A stretch of 64,000 nucleotides of DNA from Octopus vulgaris (GCA_951406725.2 OX597840.1:36642001-36706000), one strand, 5' to 3'. Shown: positions 27,101-42,410, numbered from the stretch's first letter. Made by a program: numbers and translations. Notes: generated from the sequence alone by a model not told the origin.

Positions 27101-27376
27101 ACAGCTCTTTAACATCCTCCCTAAATGCCTGAGAGACTTACATGGTGTGGATGTGGGTTTCTTTAAAACTAAACTGGATCTCTTCTTGTTGGGAATCCCA
27201 GATGAACCTACCTCACGACAGGAGACGCGGATGCGGGCAGCAGCATCGAACTCCCTTGTTGATCAAGTGCCACGTATCAGAGGTGGATTCACAAACTAGT
27301 GTAGCTCATTCAGCGGTGGTGCCCCAGCATGGCCGCGGCCTTCGGGCTAAAACATTTTTAAGGATTTAAGGATTTA
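24185..27376 (+). mobile_element. CR1-group LINE, 5'-truncated, with nearly complete ORF2
   Basis: APE endonuclease (LTETHL, YRPP, MGDFNLP, LDLCF, SDH), RT (QHGFR, YLDFAKAFDKV, GVPQGTVLGP, YADD), CR1-type C-terminus (LDYCSQL, LKRRR), 3' stem-loop and (aaggattt)n tail. Confidence 0.95.
24329..27299 (+). pseudogene. Disabled LINE ORF2 (endonuclease-reverse transcriptase)
   Basis: Frameshifts near 24380 and 25860 (G run) and in-frame stops at 25427-25429 and 26787-26789 link track ORFs 24401, 25484, 25947 and 26862. Confidence 0.9.
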
Positions 27377-27392
27377 TATATATATTATTTAC

Positions 27393-27442
<50 letters not shown>

Positions 27443-27687
27443 TACAAAATTAGAAAATGGAGAAACATACTTAAATCAATCAAACATCAACCATCAGATA
27501 ATACCCAATCAATACTTTATTACACCATTACATAACAGTAAAGGCATTATACAAAATATATTGTAAATATAATTAGACAAGGAAATAGAAATATAAAAAT
27601 ATAAAATATAATATATTATTTACATAAATATATATATATATATATATATATTATTTACATAAATATATATATATATATATATATATA

Positions 27688-27731
<44 letters not shown>

Positions 27732-27908
27732 AAAATAGTAATAAAAAAATTACGCGCGTTTTATGTCTATATTTAACATTTATTGTACTTTATTTATTTT
27801 TGAATAAGGTTTTTATAGTATATTATGATAAGAGATGCTGTGAATATATACTATATGGTGTGAGTAACATGTGAAAGTTCCTTGTAAAACATATATATAT
27901 ATATATGC

Positions 27909-27951
<43 letters not shown>

Positions 27952-27955
<4 letters not shown>

Positions 27956-28194
27956 TGGGGTGGATACAAATGTCTTTAAAATGAAGCTGGATCTCTTCCT
28001 GTCAGGTGTCCCAGATGAACCAACTTCACGGCAGGAGGGGCAGATGAGGGCAGCTGCATCGAACTCTCTCATGCACCAAATAGCAGTTGCTAGAAAGCCT
28101 CCATGAAGTGAAACCAAGTAGCAACACCAAATGGCGGTGCCCCAGCATGGCCACAGCTCATAAGCTGAAACTAGAATCAATCAATCAATCAATC
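27952..28194 (+). mobile_element. Short 3' fragment of a related CR1 subfamily with (AATC)n tail
   Basis: Encodes HGVDTNVFKMKLDLFLSGVPDEPTSRQEGQMRAAASNSL, homologous to 27140-27260; tail ggcggtgccccagcatggccacagctcataagctgaaac. Confidence 0.9.
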
Positions 28195-30195
<2,001 letters not shown>

Positions 30196-30307
30196 CGGGC
30201 TTCTTTTAGTTTCTTTCCGCCTACCAAATCCACTCACACTTGCCCAAGGTGCCACGCAGTGGGACTGAACCCAGCTGTTTTAACAGCATACAGCATGGTT
30301 CATGCTG

Positions 30308-30371
<64 letters not shown>

Positions 30372-31318
30372 TATATATATATATATATGAAGTTATCGCG
30401 CCGATATAGGAGTAGACAGAGAAGGACATATGTGAAGAAATAGATTATTCGATAAAAGCGGTTGTTTAGGCAGATAAATAAATAGAGAAATATGTAGAAC
30501 AATCGATACGGACCAATAGAAAGTTAGGTGGGGAGGGGGTGCAAGAAACTCACCTTCTTTTACATCTGTTCCTGTATATTGACACCGAAACAATCAATCT
30601 ATTGACAAACTATCTAACCATATTGCAATTTTATGATAAATATTCTGTAAAGCACCCGGACTTGTTCCGAAGCACTGCTTAAAAATCGACATCTGGTCCT
30701 TGTGTTCAATTCTTTTTTGTTTACGAGTGTCCGTTATGTGTCAAGAATTGGATGAGAATCTTTGGATTGAAGGCAGCCCATGATTTATCGTAATTGCTCA
30801 TGTTTTCCTCTCGCCAGTCACTGGTCTTGAGACAAACATACAGACACACATACAACCATACAAACATAATGCATATATACATACACACATGTATGTACTG
30901 CGTAGCTCGTTCAAATTCTGATGGTGTTACGGCGCGCCGTCAGTAGACCGCCCGTGTTCCAAGCATTTTTAAAACTGAAGATGTCCACCATTACGCATGT
31001 TTCATCAAGTATATAATAATGTATATATATATATATTTGTATCAATGTGAAACATTTCGCTTTTACAGTTTAAGAAATCAACGTATGATTTCTACGATAA
31101 TCTTATAAACTGAACAGGCGAGTTGTGTTTAACCCAAGGCTCTAGATGAGAGTCATTGACAAGCATTAACAAAAATGCGAAATGACTGTGATCTGGCTAT
31201 GCCTGGACTGGATTGCCTGAGGAAACACAAGGAGAAGCCTGAGGAGAGCAGAGGGTAAAATCTGAAGGTGGACGAGCTTTATACTGTACTCTACTAGGTT
31301 CTTAACGGAATACACCAT

Positions 31319-31358
<40 letters not shown>

Positions 31359-31360
<2 letters not shown>

Positions 31361-31725
31361 AGGGATGACCTGTAAGTGGACACCCATTATGTTAGAAGAA
31401 GATCCGCTATGGTCTTACCACTAAGAAAGGAATGTTCTCAAGAATATTTAGCAAACGCCAGAACGTATGTTGTGAGCAAGACAACTGAAAAGATACAAAA
31501 TATAAAGATATAATCAGAGACCAGGTTTCGTTGTTAAGGCTTACGTAAGCCTTAACAACGAAACCGAGTTTCTGAGTAATCTATATTTTGTATCTTTTCA
31601 TTTGTCTTGCTCACATACGTTCTGGCGTTTGCTAAATTTTCTTGAGAACATTTCTTTCTTAGTGGTAAGACCATAGCGGATCTTCTTCTAGCATAATGGA
31701 TGTCTACATACAAGTCATCCCACTT
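31359..31725. repeat. Diverged fold-back palindrome (about 180-bp arms, no spacer) next to (TA)n
   Basis: Perfect core 31524-31565 (ggtttcgttgttaaggcttac|gtaagccttaacaacgaaacc); outer arms complementary with scattered mismatches and indels. Confidence 0.9.
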
Positions 31726-31887
31726 ATATGTATGTAATATAATTATTTCTGAAACTTCAGAGTTTTCAATATGTTAGACCACCGGTTTTAAATTGATATT
31801 AATCAAATTAATATTCAATTTTTCACCCTTATTATTTTAAATTTATATATATATATATATATATATATCTGTATGTATGTATTCATA

Positions 31888-32016
31888 CCGTTTACTTGTT
31901 TTAGACGTTTTAACTGCGACCATACTGGAGCACGGCCTTGAACGGTTTTTAGTCGAACAAATCGACCCCAGGACTTATATTTCAAAGCCTACTACTTATT
32001 CTGTCAGACTCTTTTG
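31888..32016 (-). mobile_element. SINE family A tail
   Basis: tttacttgttttagacg...ctgcgaccatactggagcac...gaccccaggactta. Confidence 0.75.
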
Positions 32017-32157
32017 CGCGCTCGCGCGAATATATATATATATATATGCTTATATTGAAATGTAAAATATATAATCTATATAATGCATATATAATATATA
32101 AATGATATCTATCTATCTATTCATCTCTCTGTCTGTCTGTTACTCTCTGAATTCTGA

Positions 32158-32189
<32 letters not shown>

Positions 32190-32591
32190 ATTTGTGTGTG
32201 TGTGTGTGTGTTTGTGCATGTGTGTCTCTGTGTATGTATGTATAATAATTTAGAAAATGAATAAATTAAAATAAAGTAAATAATATGAAAGTGGAAAAAA
32301 AAGAAGTGTCCCCCCCCCCCAGTAAGTGTATTTTTTTAGCCAGAATATTTCAAGTGTGAATAGAGAGAGGTATTTCGAAGGCAGCACATCGATAATATGC
32401 TGTGCAGAGAATTATTTTTCGTCTTTTCCAGTCTGGTGAATAAATTGAAAAAATATGTAAATAAGTATGTATGTATATGTATGTATGTATGTATGTATGT
32501 GTATGTATGCATGTATATGTCCGAGTGTGCGCACATGGATGCATTTTGTAAGAGTGTATCTATGTAAACACACACACACATTCACACACGC

Positions 32592-32638
<47 letters not shown>

Positions 32639-33169
32639 CACATGCATATAGATGCGTTTATCTATTTCTGTATGCACATAAACACGCATACACATATGCG
32701 CGTGTATGGATTGGCACATACATGTTCACCAAAGTATCAATACGTATATACATACGTATATAAGTACACATACGTATATGCATACACAAACACATATATA
32801 CATACACACACATGGAAAGAGGGAGGGAGTGAAAGAAAGAGACAAAACTATTTGTATATTCGTGTCTACGTATCTACTTCAACATTTATGTCCATATTTA
32901 CACACAACTCAAGTACATAATCGTTGCTATTATATTAAACTGTCGTATGTCCGAATTTAGCCAAATGCGTTTTTTTCAATATTGATTTTTGCTTACAATA
33001 GCCGGTTCTTTTGGTCAAACTATCCCATCTCCAGCTGCTTCACCTGCCAATATATCCTAAATTGTCCAAGTGTAGTTACTATGGAATGGTGAAACCATGT
33101 TTTCAACAAGCAAAAATGTTAGCTGAAAATCTCTCCAAGAGATCAACGCAGTAGTTGTACTCACAAGTA

Positions 33170-33346
33170 ATATTTGTAGCCATTTTAACATGGCCGTCCG
33201 TTCGAACGGACTCTACTGCGATTTTTTAACCCCAAGAGCACATCTCAGCTATACATCGTTAACCAGCTAGACGAGATGTCTTCGGGTTAAAAATTCGCAG
33301 TAGATTCCACTCGAACGGACAGCCATGTTAAAGTGGCTACGAATAT
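33170..33346. mobile_element. Fold-back MITE-like element
   Basis: About 75-bp imperfect inverted arms atatttgtagccattttaacatggc... / ...gccatgttaaagtggctacgaatat. Confidence 0.75.
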
Positions 33347-33609
33347 AACTATGTTTTCGTTTTCTGAAAAAAGCAGCATTTTGAACTTAAGACACTGGCA
33401 AAACCCTTTCTATTGTAGGCGCAAGGTCTGAAACTTTGTGGGAGGGGACTAGTCTTCTTTTTCTTCTCCTTGTGATGATGTTGATGATGAGGGTAAAGAT
33501 GATGATGATAATGATGATGATGTCTTCTTTTGGTATGACTGAGGATTTGTAACAGAGAGCTAATATGTTTGTTGTACTGTTTACAATACTACTTAATACA
33601 CCGAGATAA

Positions 33610-33650
<41 letters not shown>

Positions 33651-33678
33651 CAACAACAACAACAACGATAATAATAAG

Positions 33679-34860
33679 ATGCTTAAAGCTCATGGAAAAC
33701 CATGTAAGACGTAAGAAGCTTCATTCTGTTAGGAAGGAGAGCAAAAACTTTTCGAGTGAGTTTATGCATAATACCCAGGTTGAACAGCGTGATGGAAGTG
33801 CAGCAGCTGCACTTGCAAAGAAGGTGAAATCAATATCAAAGCAAAATGCATTTGAACAATTGGCTGATAGGTGGGAACAAAATCTTCTGCATGGCAAATA
33901 TATGACTCGAAGCAACAAGCTAATGTAGACCAGAAGCACACCCATCAGTGGAAACCGAGCTCAGGCAGAGAATGAAGATTTTATCCTGGGTGTTGAAGAT
34001 CAGAGCTTAGTGACTCAGAACTATCGTGCCAATGTGATTAAAAATGGTGTAGACCTAAAGTGCCGATACTGCAACGATGGGATTGAAACAGTGGACCACC
34101 TAATCTCCGCATGTAAGGTTTTAGAACCTGTAGAGTACAAATCAAGACATGACAGAGTTAGCCAATATCTACATTGGATGATATGTCGGCATTATAGAAT
34201 GAAAACTGCTGACAAATGGTACAAGCACCACCCTGAGGCTGCAACTGAGGGAGAAAATATAAGTATTCATTGGGAATTATCAGTGTGTACAGACCGGACC
34301 ATCAAAACAAACAAACCAGATATTGTTGTGAAAGACCAATACAATAAAGCCTGTTTATTGATTGGTATGAGCATACCTTGTGACCATAATATCTCGGAAA
34401 AAGAATTTGCTAAGCTCAGAAAATATAAAGATTTGCTAATTGAAATCGACAAAAAATGTGGCACCTCAAAATGGTTACAATACCAGTAATTGTAGGAGCA
34501 CTTGGAATGATCAAAAAAGAAACTGAAAATGAATGATCCCTGCCTTGCCATCCATGCAGGAAGTGCAAAAGGTTGTATTAACTGGTACGTCACACGTATT
34601 GAGAAGAGAATTATTGATTTGAGTTGTCTTTCCTTTTTCCCCTCCTTTATTTTATTTGTTTACTTTTTTGTATTTTTTTCCCCTTTTTCTCTCTGTGTTT
34701 CCCGCTTGTCTCTATCACAAGATTTTGTAAATGAACAATCTGATGTGTGTAATTTAATGATCTACCAATGTATACAGTACGCTTCTCTGGCCTAGGTGTT
34801 GGGAAGACACTCGGCAAGAAACGGAAACAGAACTGAAAGAGGATGCTAATGAAATAATAA
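33679..34860 (+). mobile_element. R4/Dong-clade LINE 3' portion (CCHC plus RLE) inserted in (TAA)n
   Basis: WEQNLLHGKY, EDQSLVTQNY, CRYCNDGIETVDHLISAC, RHDRV, KPDIVV, LIGMSIP, KYKDLLIEI, PVIVGALG; starts at a (TAA/CAA)n tract and ends in aataataa. Confidence 0.9.
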
Positions 34861-34982
34861 CAGATGCCGAAATATCGTTCAACCAATTCCACAAGACAAC
34901 TATGACACTCTTCTATCAGTCTACTTCATTTTCTTTTTAAGATTATAAAGGACTGAGGTAACTCCTCCAGAAGTTACAGAGA

Positions 34983-35028
<46 letters not shown>

Positions 35029-35030
35029 TA

Positions 35031-35446
35031 GGCGCAGGAATGGCTGTGTGGTAAGTAGATTGTTTACTAGCCATATGGTTCCGGGTTCAGTCCCACTGCG
35101 TGGCACCTTGGGCAAGTGTCTTCTACTATAGCCTCGGGCCGACCAAAGCCTTGTGAGTGGATTTGGTAGATGGAAACTGAAAGAAACCTGTCGTATATAT
35201 GTATATATATATATATGTGTGTGTGTTTGTGTATCTGTGTTTGTCCCCCTAGCATTGCTTGACAACCGATGCTGGTGTGTTTATGTCCCCGTCACTTAGC
35301 GGTTCGGCAAAAGAGACCGATAGGATAAGTACTGGGCTTACAAAGGATAAGTCCCGGGGTCTAGTTGCTCGATTAAAGGCGGTGCTCCAGCATGGCCGCA
35401 GTCAAATGACTGAAACAAGTAAAAAGTGTAAAAAAGAGTAAGAAAG

Positions 35447-35448
<2 letters not shown>
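35031..35448 (+). mobile_element. SINE family A, full length, young
   Basis: Intact head tggctgtgtggtaag...ggttcagtccc and tail; between (TAA)n tracts. Confidence 0.92.
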
Positions 35449-35495
<47 letters not shown>

Positions 35496-36236
35496 TTCCA
35501 AATATAGGCGCAAAGCCAGCATTTTTGAGGTAGAGGCTAAATTAAGTTAATCGACTTATGTGTGTATGTATGCATGTATATAGGCATGTACATATACGCA
35601 TGCGTGTGTGAGCTCTATGCATGAAAGTGTGGATGTATGCATGTAGAAAAGTTCCTCAGACTCTGCCAGTGAACCATGTTCTACGACTGTAGCACCACAT
35701 TCAATAGTTTTCATGGAATTGGCGGAGTCTGGAAAAATGCTGTTAAACTTGAAAGCTGCTTCAGTGGAAAGTTGCAGCGTTGGTGCAAAGTGCACCGGCT
35801 GCCGTGGCTGTATGTGCACTAGTTGCAGCCGTGGCAAGAACAGAAGAAGCTGCAGCAGGTACGTCATCGTCAGAAGAAGTGGCAGCAGCCTCAGCAGCAG
35901 CAGCAGCAGCAGCAGAAGGAGACGAAGCAGCTGGGCATAATTGATAAGTGTGTAGGTAATCGATAAGTTATCTAATCAATTCATGTCTATTTCTATTTAT
36001 ATACGCACATATATTTAGTGCCTTCATGCATACATAGTGTCTTACATGTTCACACACACACACTCACGCACATATGTATACACACATACATATGTATATA
36101 CGTGTAATTTGTAGTGTGATTAAAATACGAACAAGGTAAAAGAAAGCTAAAATCTTTATTTGTAGTGTAAACCTTTGAGAGTCTGGTGTGCTTGTGGGCG
36201 TATGGGCGCGTTCGTGTGTGTGTGTATATATGTATG

Positions 36237-36279
<43 letters not shown>

Positions 36280-36282
<3 letters not shown>

Positions 36283-36541
36283 CTGTATCCATATCTATCT
36301 ATCTATCTATATATATATAGCTATATCTATATCTATCTATCTATCTATATATATATAGCTATATCTATATCTATCTATCTATCTATCTATATATATATAG
36401 CTATATCTATATCTATCTATCTATCTATATATATATAGCTATATCTATATCTATCTATCTATCTATCTATATATATAGCTATATCTATATCTATCTATCT
36501 ATATATATATATAGCTATATCTATATCTATCTATCTATCTA

Positions 36542-36574
<33 letters not shown>

Positions 36575-36783
36575 ATATCTATCTATCTATATATATGTAT
36601 ATATATATATATATAGCTATATCTATATATCTATCTATATATATATATAGCTATATATATATCTATATATCTATCTATATATATATAGCTATATCTATAT
36701 CTATCTATATATCTATATATATATATATATATATAGCTATATCTATATCTATCTATCTATCTATATATATATATATATAGCTA

Positions 36784-36817
<34 letters not shown>

Positions 36818-36870
36818 GCTATCTATCTATCTGTCTATATCTATCTATCTGTCTATATCTATCTATCTAT
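36280..36870. repeat. Compound minisatellite (TA)n-gctatatcta-(TCTA)n
   Basis: More than 10 units each carrying an agct core. Confidence 0.85.
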
Positions 36871-37684
36871 ATATATATATATATATGTACACGCATACAC
36901 ACACATATCTGTGCATGTGTGTGTGTTTGTGTGAATGCGTGTATATATTAATGTGTTTACAGAAACAAATTTGTATACACAAATGGTTTGCTTGCGGTGG
37001 AGCAGTTTTGTGTTAAGCTTGTAATATTCTTAGTGAAGGAGAAAAAGAATTGCCTGTGGCCCCTCTTGGGATCTTCGGGACTGGAATCGGAGACCCTAAC
37101 TTGTCGCAAATTGAATTCTCTTGAGCCAAGTGAACTGTTTTGTCTGCTACCTCAAGAAACTTACCATAAAATTAGAACTCATAACGTTAAGGGCCGGAAA
37201 AAATACAGCATGCGTTTTGTCCGATGTTTCACATTTCTACTGTCTACCACGTTTATTTACAGCCCCAGGACTGATGAAATTCAGTACTGGGCTCCATAAG
37301 ATCTGAATTTAGAGCGTAAGGTACTCGAATAAAAACTAACTGTGCCAAATCATAACCAAAAATGGTTTGTGTGTAATAAGATCTGTGGTAAAATTGTAGC
37401 TGATGTGATGGACGCAGTGTAAGAATCGTAGTTGCGGTTTTGGTAGATCAGGGGTGGATCACTAGTTGAGACCGCAGAGGTAGTATGGTAGCGAACAATG
37501 TCTTGGGAATTACTAGTCGTTGTTCATGTATTGGGATTAGGAGTGTTCTGCTGCTTGCCGTGACCTTCACTAGGAACGGTCAGAGTTGGATCTTTTCCTG
37601 CAGGTGACGGAGTGAGACTTACAGACAGCAGCCATGTATGTCTTTTCCTGTGACTTGGACTAAAAATCTTTGAGGGATTTTATT

Positions 37685-38297
37685 GTCAGTCGTCTGGATT
37701 ACTGCTCCCAACTGTGGTCTTCGCTGAAGTTGTGGAACTTGAGGCAATTCAGCGCCACTACACAAAGAAGATTGACTTGGCGAAACAGACGAGTTACTGG
37801 GAGAGGCTATAAGAACTGAAGCTCTACTCCCGGGAGAGAAGGCGAAAAGGATATGCAATGATAAACAAATGGAAGATCCTGGAAGGTCTAACTCTCAACT
37901 TTGTAATTAAAAGCGATACGAATGACCGAACTGGACAGCACAGCATAGTACCAAAAATCCAGTCTTCTTCATGTTGGATAAGGACCCAGTACTACAATAA
38001 CTTCGGTTTCAAGAGGACACAACTGTTTGACATCCTGCCGAACGACCTCAGAGTTTTGCGAGATGTAGATGTGGAAATGTTCAAAAAAACACCTGGAGAA
38101 ATTTCTATCTGAAACTCCGGATGAATCCACATCACGACAGGAAGCAGAAAGAACAACAACAGCTCCGTCTAACTCACTTCTTCATTAAAAACAGAAGAGA
38201 AAGGAGACCCCAAAACACTGAAAGGCATGGCGGTGCTCCAGCGCGGCCCTAGCCTCTGACTGAAACCAGCAAAAGAATAAAAGAAATTAAAGAATAT
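37685..38297 (+). mobile_element. Older CR1-group LINE 3' fragment
   Basis: SRLDYCSQLWS, LEAIQRHYTKKI, WKILEGL, QLFDILP and tail ggcggtgctccagcgcggcc...gactgaaacc + (aaaagaat)n. Confidence 0.88.
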
Positions 38298-39021
38298 ATA
38301 CGCACATAGATATAGAATGTATATGTGAGTGTGTGTACATCTGTCTGTCTGTCTGTCTGTCTGTCTGCCTGCCTGCCTGCCTACCTATCTATCTATCTAT
38401 CTATCTATCTACCTACCTACCTACCTACCTACCTGTCTGTCTGCCTATCTATCTATCTATATATCTATCTATCTATCTACCTACCTATCTACCTGTCTGT
38501 CTGTCTGTCTATCTATTAATATATGCACGCATTGTTAAGTAGCTAGTTATCTTTTCCATGTTCCCTGCATTAAATACGTTAACACTAAATTTAACTTATT
38601 AATTATTAAGCCTGTTACAACGTCTCCGCCAACCATTTTTAGTTCCATTCTCTGCCTGACGACATCATAAAAAGCAGCAGCGTTTGCTTATTTGTTTTCT
38701 TGTGATTTCTTCTGCTCATTTTGGCATCGATAATTGCTTTGTTATTGAACCCAATGCCTACAGCCATCGACTTCTGAACTCATAAACTGAGAACAAACAC
38801 GAAAATTAACTCCACGCCAGTCCTCTCGAAGAAAGAGAAACAATGTAGAAAACTCATTTGGCTTCTTTAGTATTTCTGAAGAAGAGAAAAACGACGAACT
38901 ATAAAGTGGTTTTGAATAAAATTTCAATTCGTTTTAGTTCAATCTTTTCTTGGTATACAACACACACAAACAAACAAACAAACACACACACACATACATA
39001 CATACATACATACACACACAT

Positions 39022-39052
<31 letters not shown>

Positions 39053-39185
39053 TACACAAACATACACACACATACATACACACACACAACACATACACAC
39101 ACACACACACAACAACACACACACACACACAAACATACACACACAAACATACACAGACACAAACATACACACACACACATACATA

Positions 39186-39556
39186 GGCGCAGGAGTGGCT
39201 GTGTGGTAGGTAGCTTGCTTACCAACCACATGGTTCCGGGTTCAGTCTCACTGCGTAGCACATTGGGGAAGTGTCTTCCACTATAGCCTCAGGCCGACCA
39301 AAGCCTTGTGAGTGGATTTGGTAGACAGAAACTAAAAGAAGCCCATCGTATATGTGTGTGTGTGTGTTTGTCCCCCCCCCTCAATATCGCTTGACAATCG
39401 ATGTTGCCGTGTTTACGTCCCCGTAACTTAGCGGTTCGACAAAAGGGACCGATAGAATAACTCCTGGGGTCGATTTGTTCGACTAAAGGCTGTACTCCAG
39501 TATGACCGCAGTCAAATGACTGTAACAAGTGAAAGAATATAAGAAAAAAAAAAAGA

Positions 39557-39560
<4 letters not shown>
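39186..39560 (+). mobile_element. SINE family A, full length
   Basis: Same head and tail as 35031. Confidence 0.9.
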
Positions 39561-39588
<28 letters not shown>

Positions 39589-39660
39589 TGCAGGTATTTT
39601 AATCTAAATGTCTTTTAAAATTCAAATACAAAACAAACATAAACAGCTACATATGTATAT

Positions 39661-39852
39661 AGTTGGCACTCCGTCGGTTGCGACGACGAGGGTCCCAGCT
39701 GATCCGATCAACGGAACGACCTGCTCATGAAATTAACATGCAAGTGGTTGAGTACTCCACGGACACGCGTACCCTTAGTGTAGTTCTCAGAATGTAACAA
39801 GGCTGGCCCCTTTCAAATACGGGTACTACGCATTTTTGCCAGCTGAGTGGAC
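39661..39852 (-). mobile_element. SINE family C 3' portion
   Basis: Reverse complement of the tail of 50211-50597 (gcactccgtcggtt...gacgagggt...gatccgatcaacggaac). Confidence 0.8.
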
Positions 39853-40167
39853 TGTGTGGTACGAAGCTTGCTTCCCAGCGGCATGGTTTCATGTTCAGTC
39901 CCACTGCGTGGCACCTTGGGCATGTATCTTCTATTATAGAACCGGGTTGACCAAAGCCTTTTGAATGGATTTAGTAGAAGGAAAGTGAAAGAAACCTGTC
40001 GTGTATATATATATATATATGTTTGTGTGTGTGTGTGTGTTTCACAACTGCTTGATAACCGGTGTTGGTGTGTTTACGCCCCCTAACTTGGTGGTTTGGG
40101 CCAAAGAAACCGACAAAATAAAGTACTGAGGTCGATTTATTTGACTAAAAATTCTTCAAAGCGATGC
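39853..40167 (+). mobile_element. SINE family A, diverged
   Basis: gttcagtcccactgcgtggcaccttggg...ccaaagcct body. Confidence 0.8.
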
Positions 40168-40413
40168 CTTAGAAAATATATTTTTGAAGTCTTAGAGGAG
40201 AAATCTGAATTTAAATGTGATACAAAAAATTTCTACAACAAATTGTTAAAATTGATAGTTTACTATTTTATGAGTCATCTAGAATAGGGGCCTGGCCCTT
40301 CTCGATACGTAGCATCGCCAGTATCGGGGTGGGAATAGAAAAACAGAGAGAGATCGAGAGTGGGGGAGTAATAGAGCCCTGTTATTTTATTGTCCCTACA
40401 AGGATTAATTAAA

Positions 40414-40740
40414 GGCGCATGGTTCAGTGATTAGAGCGTCAGGTTCACAATTATGATGTTGTGAGTTCGATTCCTGGACCGGCTGTGTCATGTTCTTAAG
40501 CAAGACACTTTACTTCACGTTGCTCCAGTTCACTCAGCTGTAGAAATGAGTTGCAGCGTCACAGGTACCAAGCTGTATCGGCCCCTTTGCCCTTCTCTTG
40601 GATAACATCAGTGGCATGGATAGGAGAGGCTGGTATGCATGGGCGATTGCTGGTCTTCCATAAACAACCATGCCCCGATTTGTGCCTCGGAGGAGAACTT
40701 TCTAGGTGCAATCCCATGGTCATTCATGACCGAAGGGTGT
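40414..40740 (+). mobile_element. tRNA-derived SINE (family C-type head, different tail)
   Basis: A box tggttcagtgattag, B box gagttcgattcc, then agcaagacacttt...ctccagttcactcagctg. Confidence 0.75.
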
Positions 40741-41180
40741 ATCTTAGAAAGGTGAAAGGAAAATTTGATCTCGGTGGGATTTGAACTCACAGTACAAACA
40801 ACCAGAATACCGCAACACAATCTGGCTAACGCTCTACCGATTCTGCCAGTTGGCACTGACTTAATTCGGTTAATTCCACCGCCACCCTCTTAGCACAAAA
40901 CCACTTTTATGCGCTTCGTTAATAAATTTATTTTCGATGTTTTTAGAAATATTTCTAATTTTATCAGAAAAATCTCAACATTGTTGTTCTAAGCTAATTG
41001 CTCTCTTTCAGGATTTGAAGCAAAAGTTTTCTGGTTTTTGTTAGTTTTATTTTCACAGAGAGGGCGTCTCTCTGAAATTCTTTTAATTCTTTAATCAGAA
41101 GAAAGTGATGGGGAGAGATTAATCTAAGATCTAAGAACCAAATTCATTGTCTTTAAGTCGGTGTTAACATTTTCGACAAC

Positions 41181-41211
<31 letters not shown>

Positions 41212-41682
41212 GAGAGAGAGTGTGTGAGAGAGAGAGTGAGAGTGTGAGAGAGAGAGTTCCTACTATTCACCTAAATTCTATAAAATTCTTTTACTTTTCT
41301 AATAAAATGTGGTTGCCCTTGTTTTCCTTATTATTATCATTTAGTCAATCCTAATCAAGCAGATTTATGATCGAAGGCAATCTCGCCGTGACCACTTCGT
41401 CATTATCTTATGTGTCTTTACCTTCTTAGCCTTGTAGGATGTGATAAAGGGAATTTGGTTGCTATTTCTAGCAGAGTTGGTGACCACATAAAGACTCCCT
41501 ACGGTTTTATTTGATGTTTATTTTTTTGCAGCTTTATTTTTGAAACTAAACAACAGTTGTGTGGTTTTCGTTTCATTAAAACTTTCTCCAATTCCTCTTC
41601 TCACAGACATAGAAAGGTAATATTTTCAAACTGCTTTTTTAAAGTTACCAGGTGAGTTAAAGAAGATTTGACTGCCGTTACC

Positions 41683-41801
41683 TGTAAATATAATATGTGA
41701 CAATTATTCGGTAGCCATGATAAAACTCCTAGTTCCCACCACGACATCCGAAACTCGGAGTTTAACATGGCTACCGAATAATTGTCACATATTATATTTA
41801 C

Positions 41802-41802
<1 letters not shown>
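41683..41802. repeat. Fold-back of a PLE-like terminus containing the 3' half of a hammerhead
   Basis: Inverted arms tgtaaatataatatgtgacaattattcggtagccatg / catggctaccgaataattgtcacatattatatttaca; GAAActcggagTT at 41750-41762; same family as 9106-9220. Confidence 0.85.
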
Positions 41803-41866
<64 letters not shown>

Positions 41867-41928
41867 TGTTGCTATACGTATGTAACAGCAACAACAGGGA
41901 AAGATCTACACACATTCTTGGTATTCTT

Positions 41929-42410
41929 AACTAGCTGACGTACCTGGCAATTCCTAGGAAATCGGGGTTTATACATTGGTTCCGTTGTCATAATTGTTTG
42001 GATCTATTGTTTAGGAAAATACTATTTACTTGTTTAAGAGTTGTAGTGGATAAATTTTGAAAATAACTCTAACAGTTCAAATACTAAGAAATAAGCATAC
42101 TCAATTTCATTTTTACCAAATAATTTAGGAAAATGAATGGGTTATTTCGCTTGGCTATATATAAGGACCCCTTCCATGGGTTATTTCCTTTGGTTTTTAA
42201 AATAAAATATATTAGATATATATATATAAGGATCCCTTTCTGGGGCCCTATTATTGATTTTTTTCAATAATCTGAGTATGCCATGAGGTTTCCAGACATG
42301 AATTCTACTCAGGTGTTAATTCATCAAAATCGATAAAATGGTGTAGGAGGAGTTAGCTAACAACTCCACAAATACACCCCACAGACAGAATTTCCCACAT
42401 ATGTCGTAGA
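41929..42410. mobile_element. Helentron-associated non-autonomous element (HINE/DINE-1-like)
   Basis: Begins aactagctgacgtacc; ends ttcatcaaaatcg...ggaggagttagc...acagacagaatttcccacatatgtcgtagat. Confidence 0.55.

Noticed and set aside
37262-37330. CTGATGA followed by a 7-bp hairpin (aattcag/ctgaatt)
   Set aside because: No GAAA box and no stem I; overlaps what looks like decayed SINE B sequence
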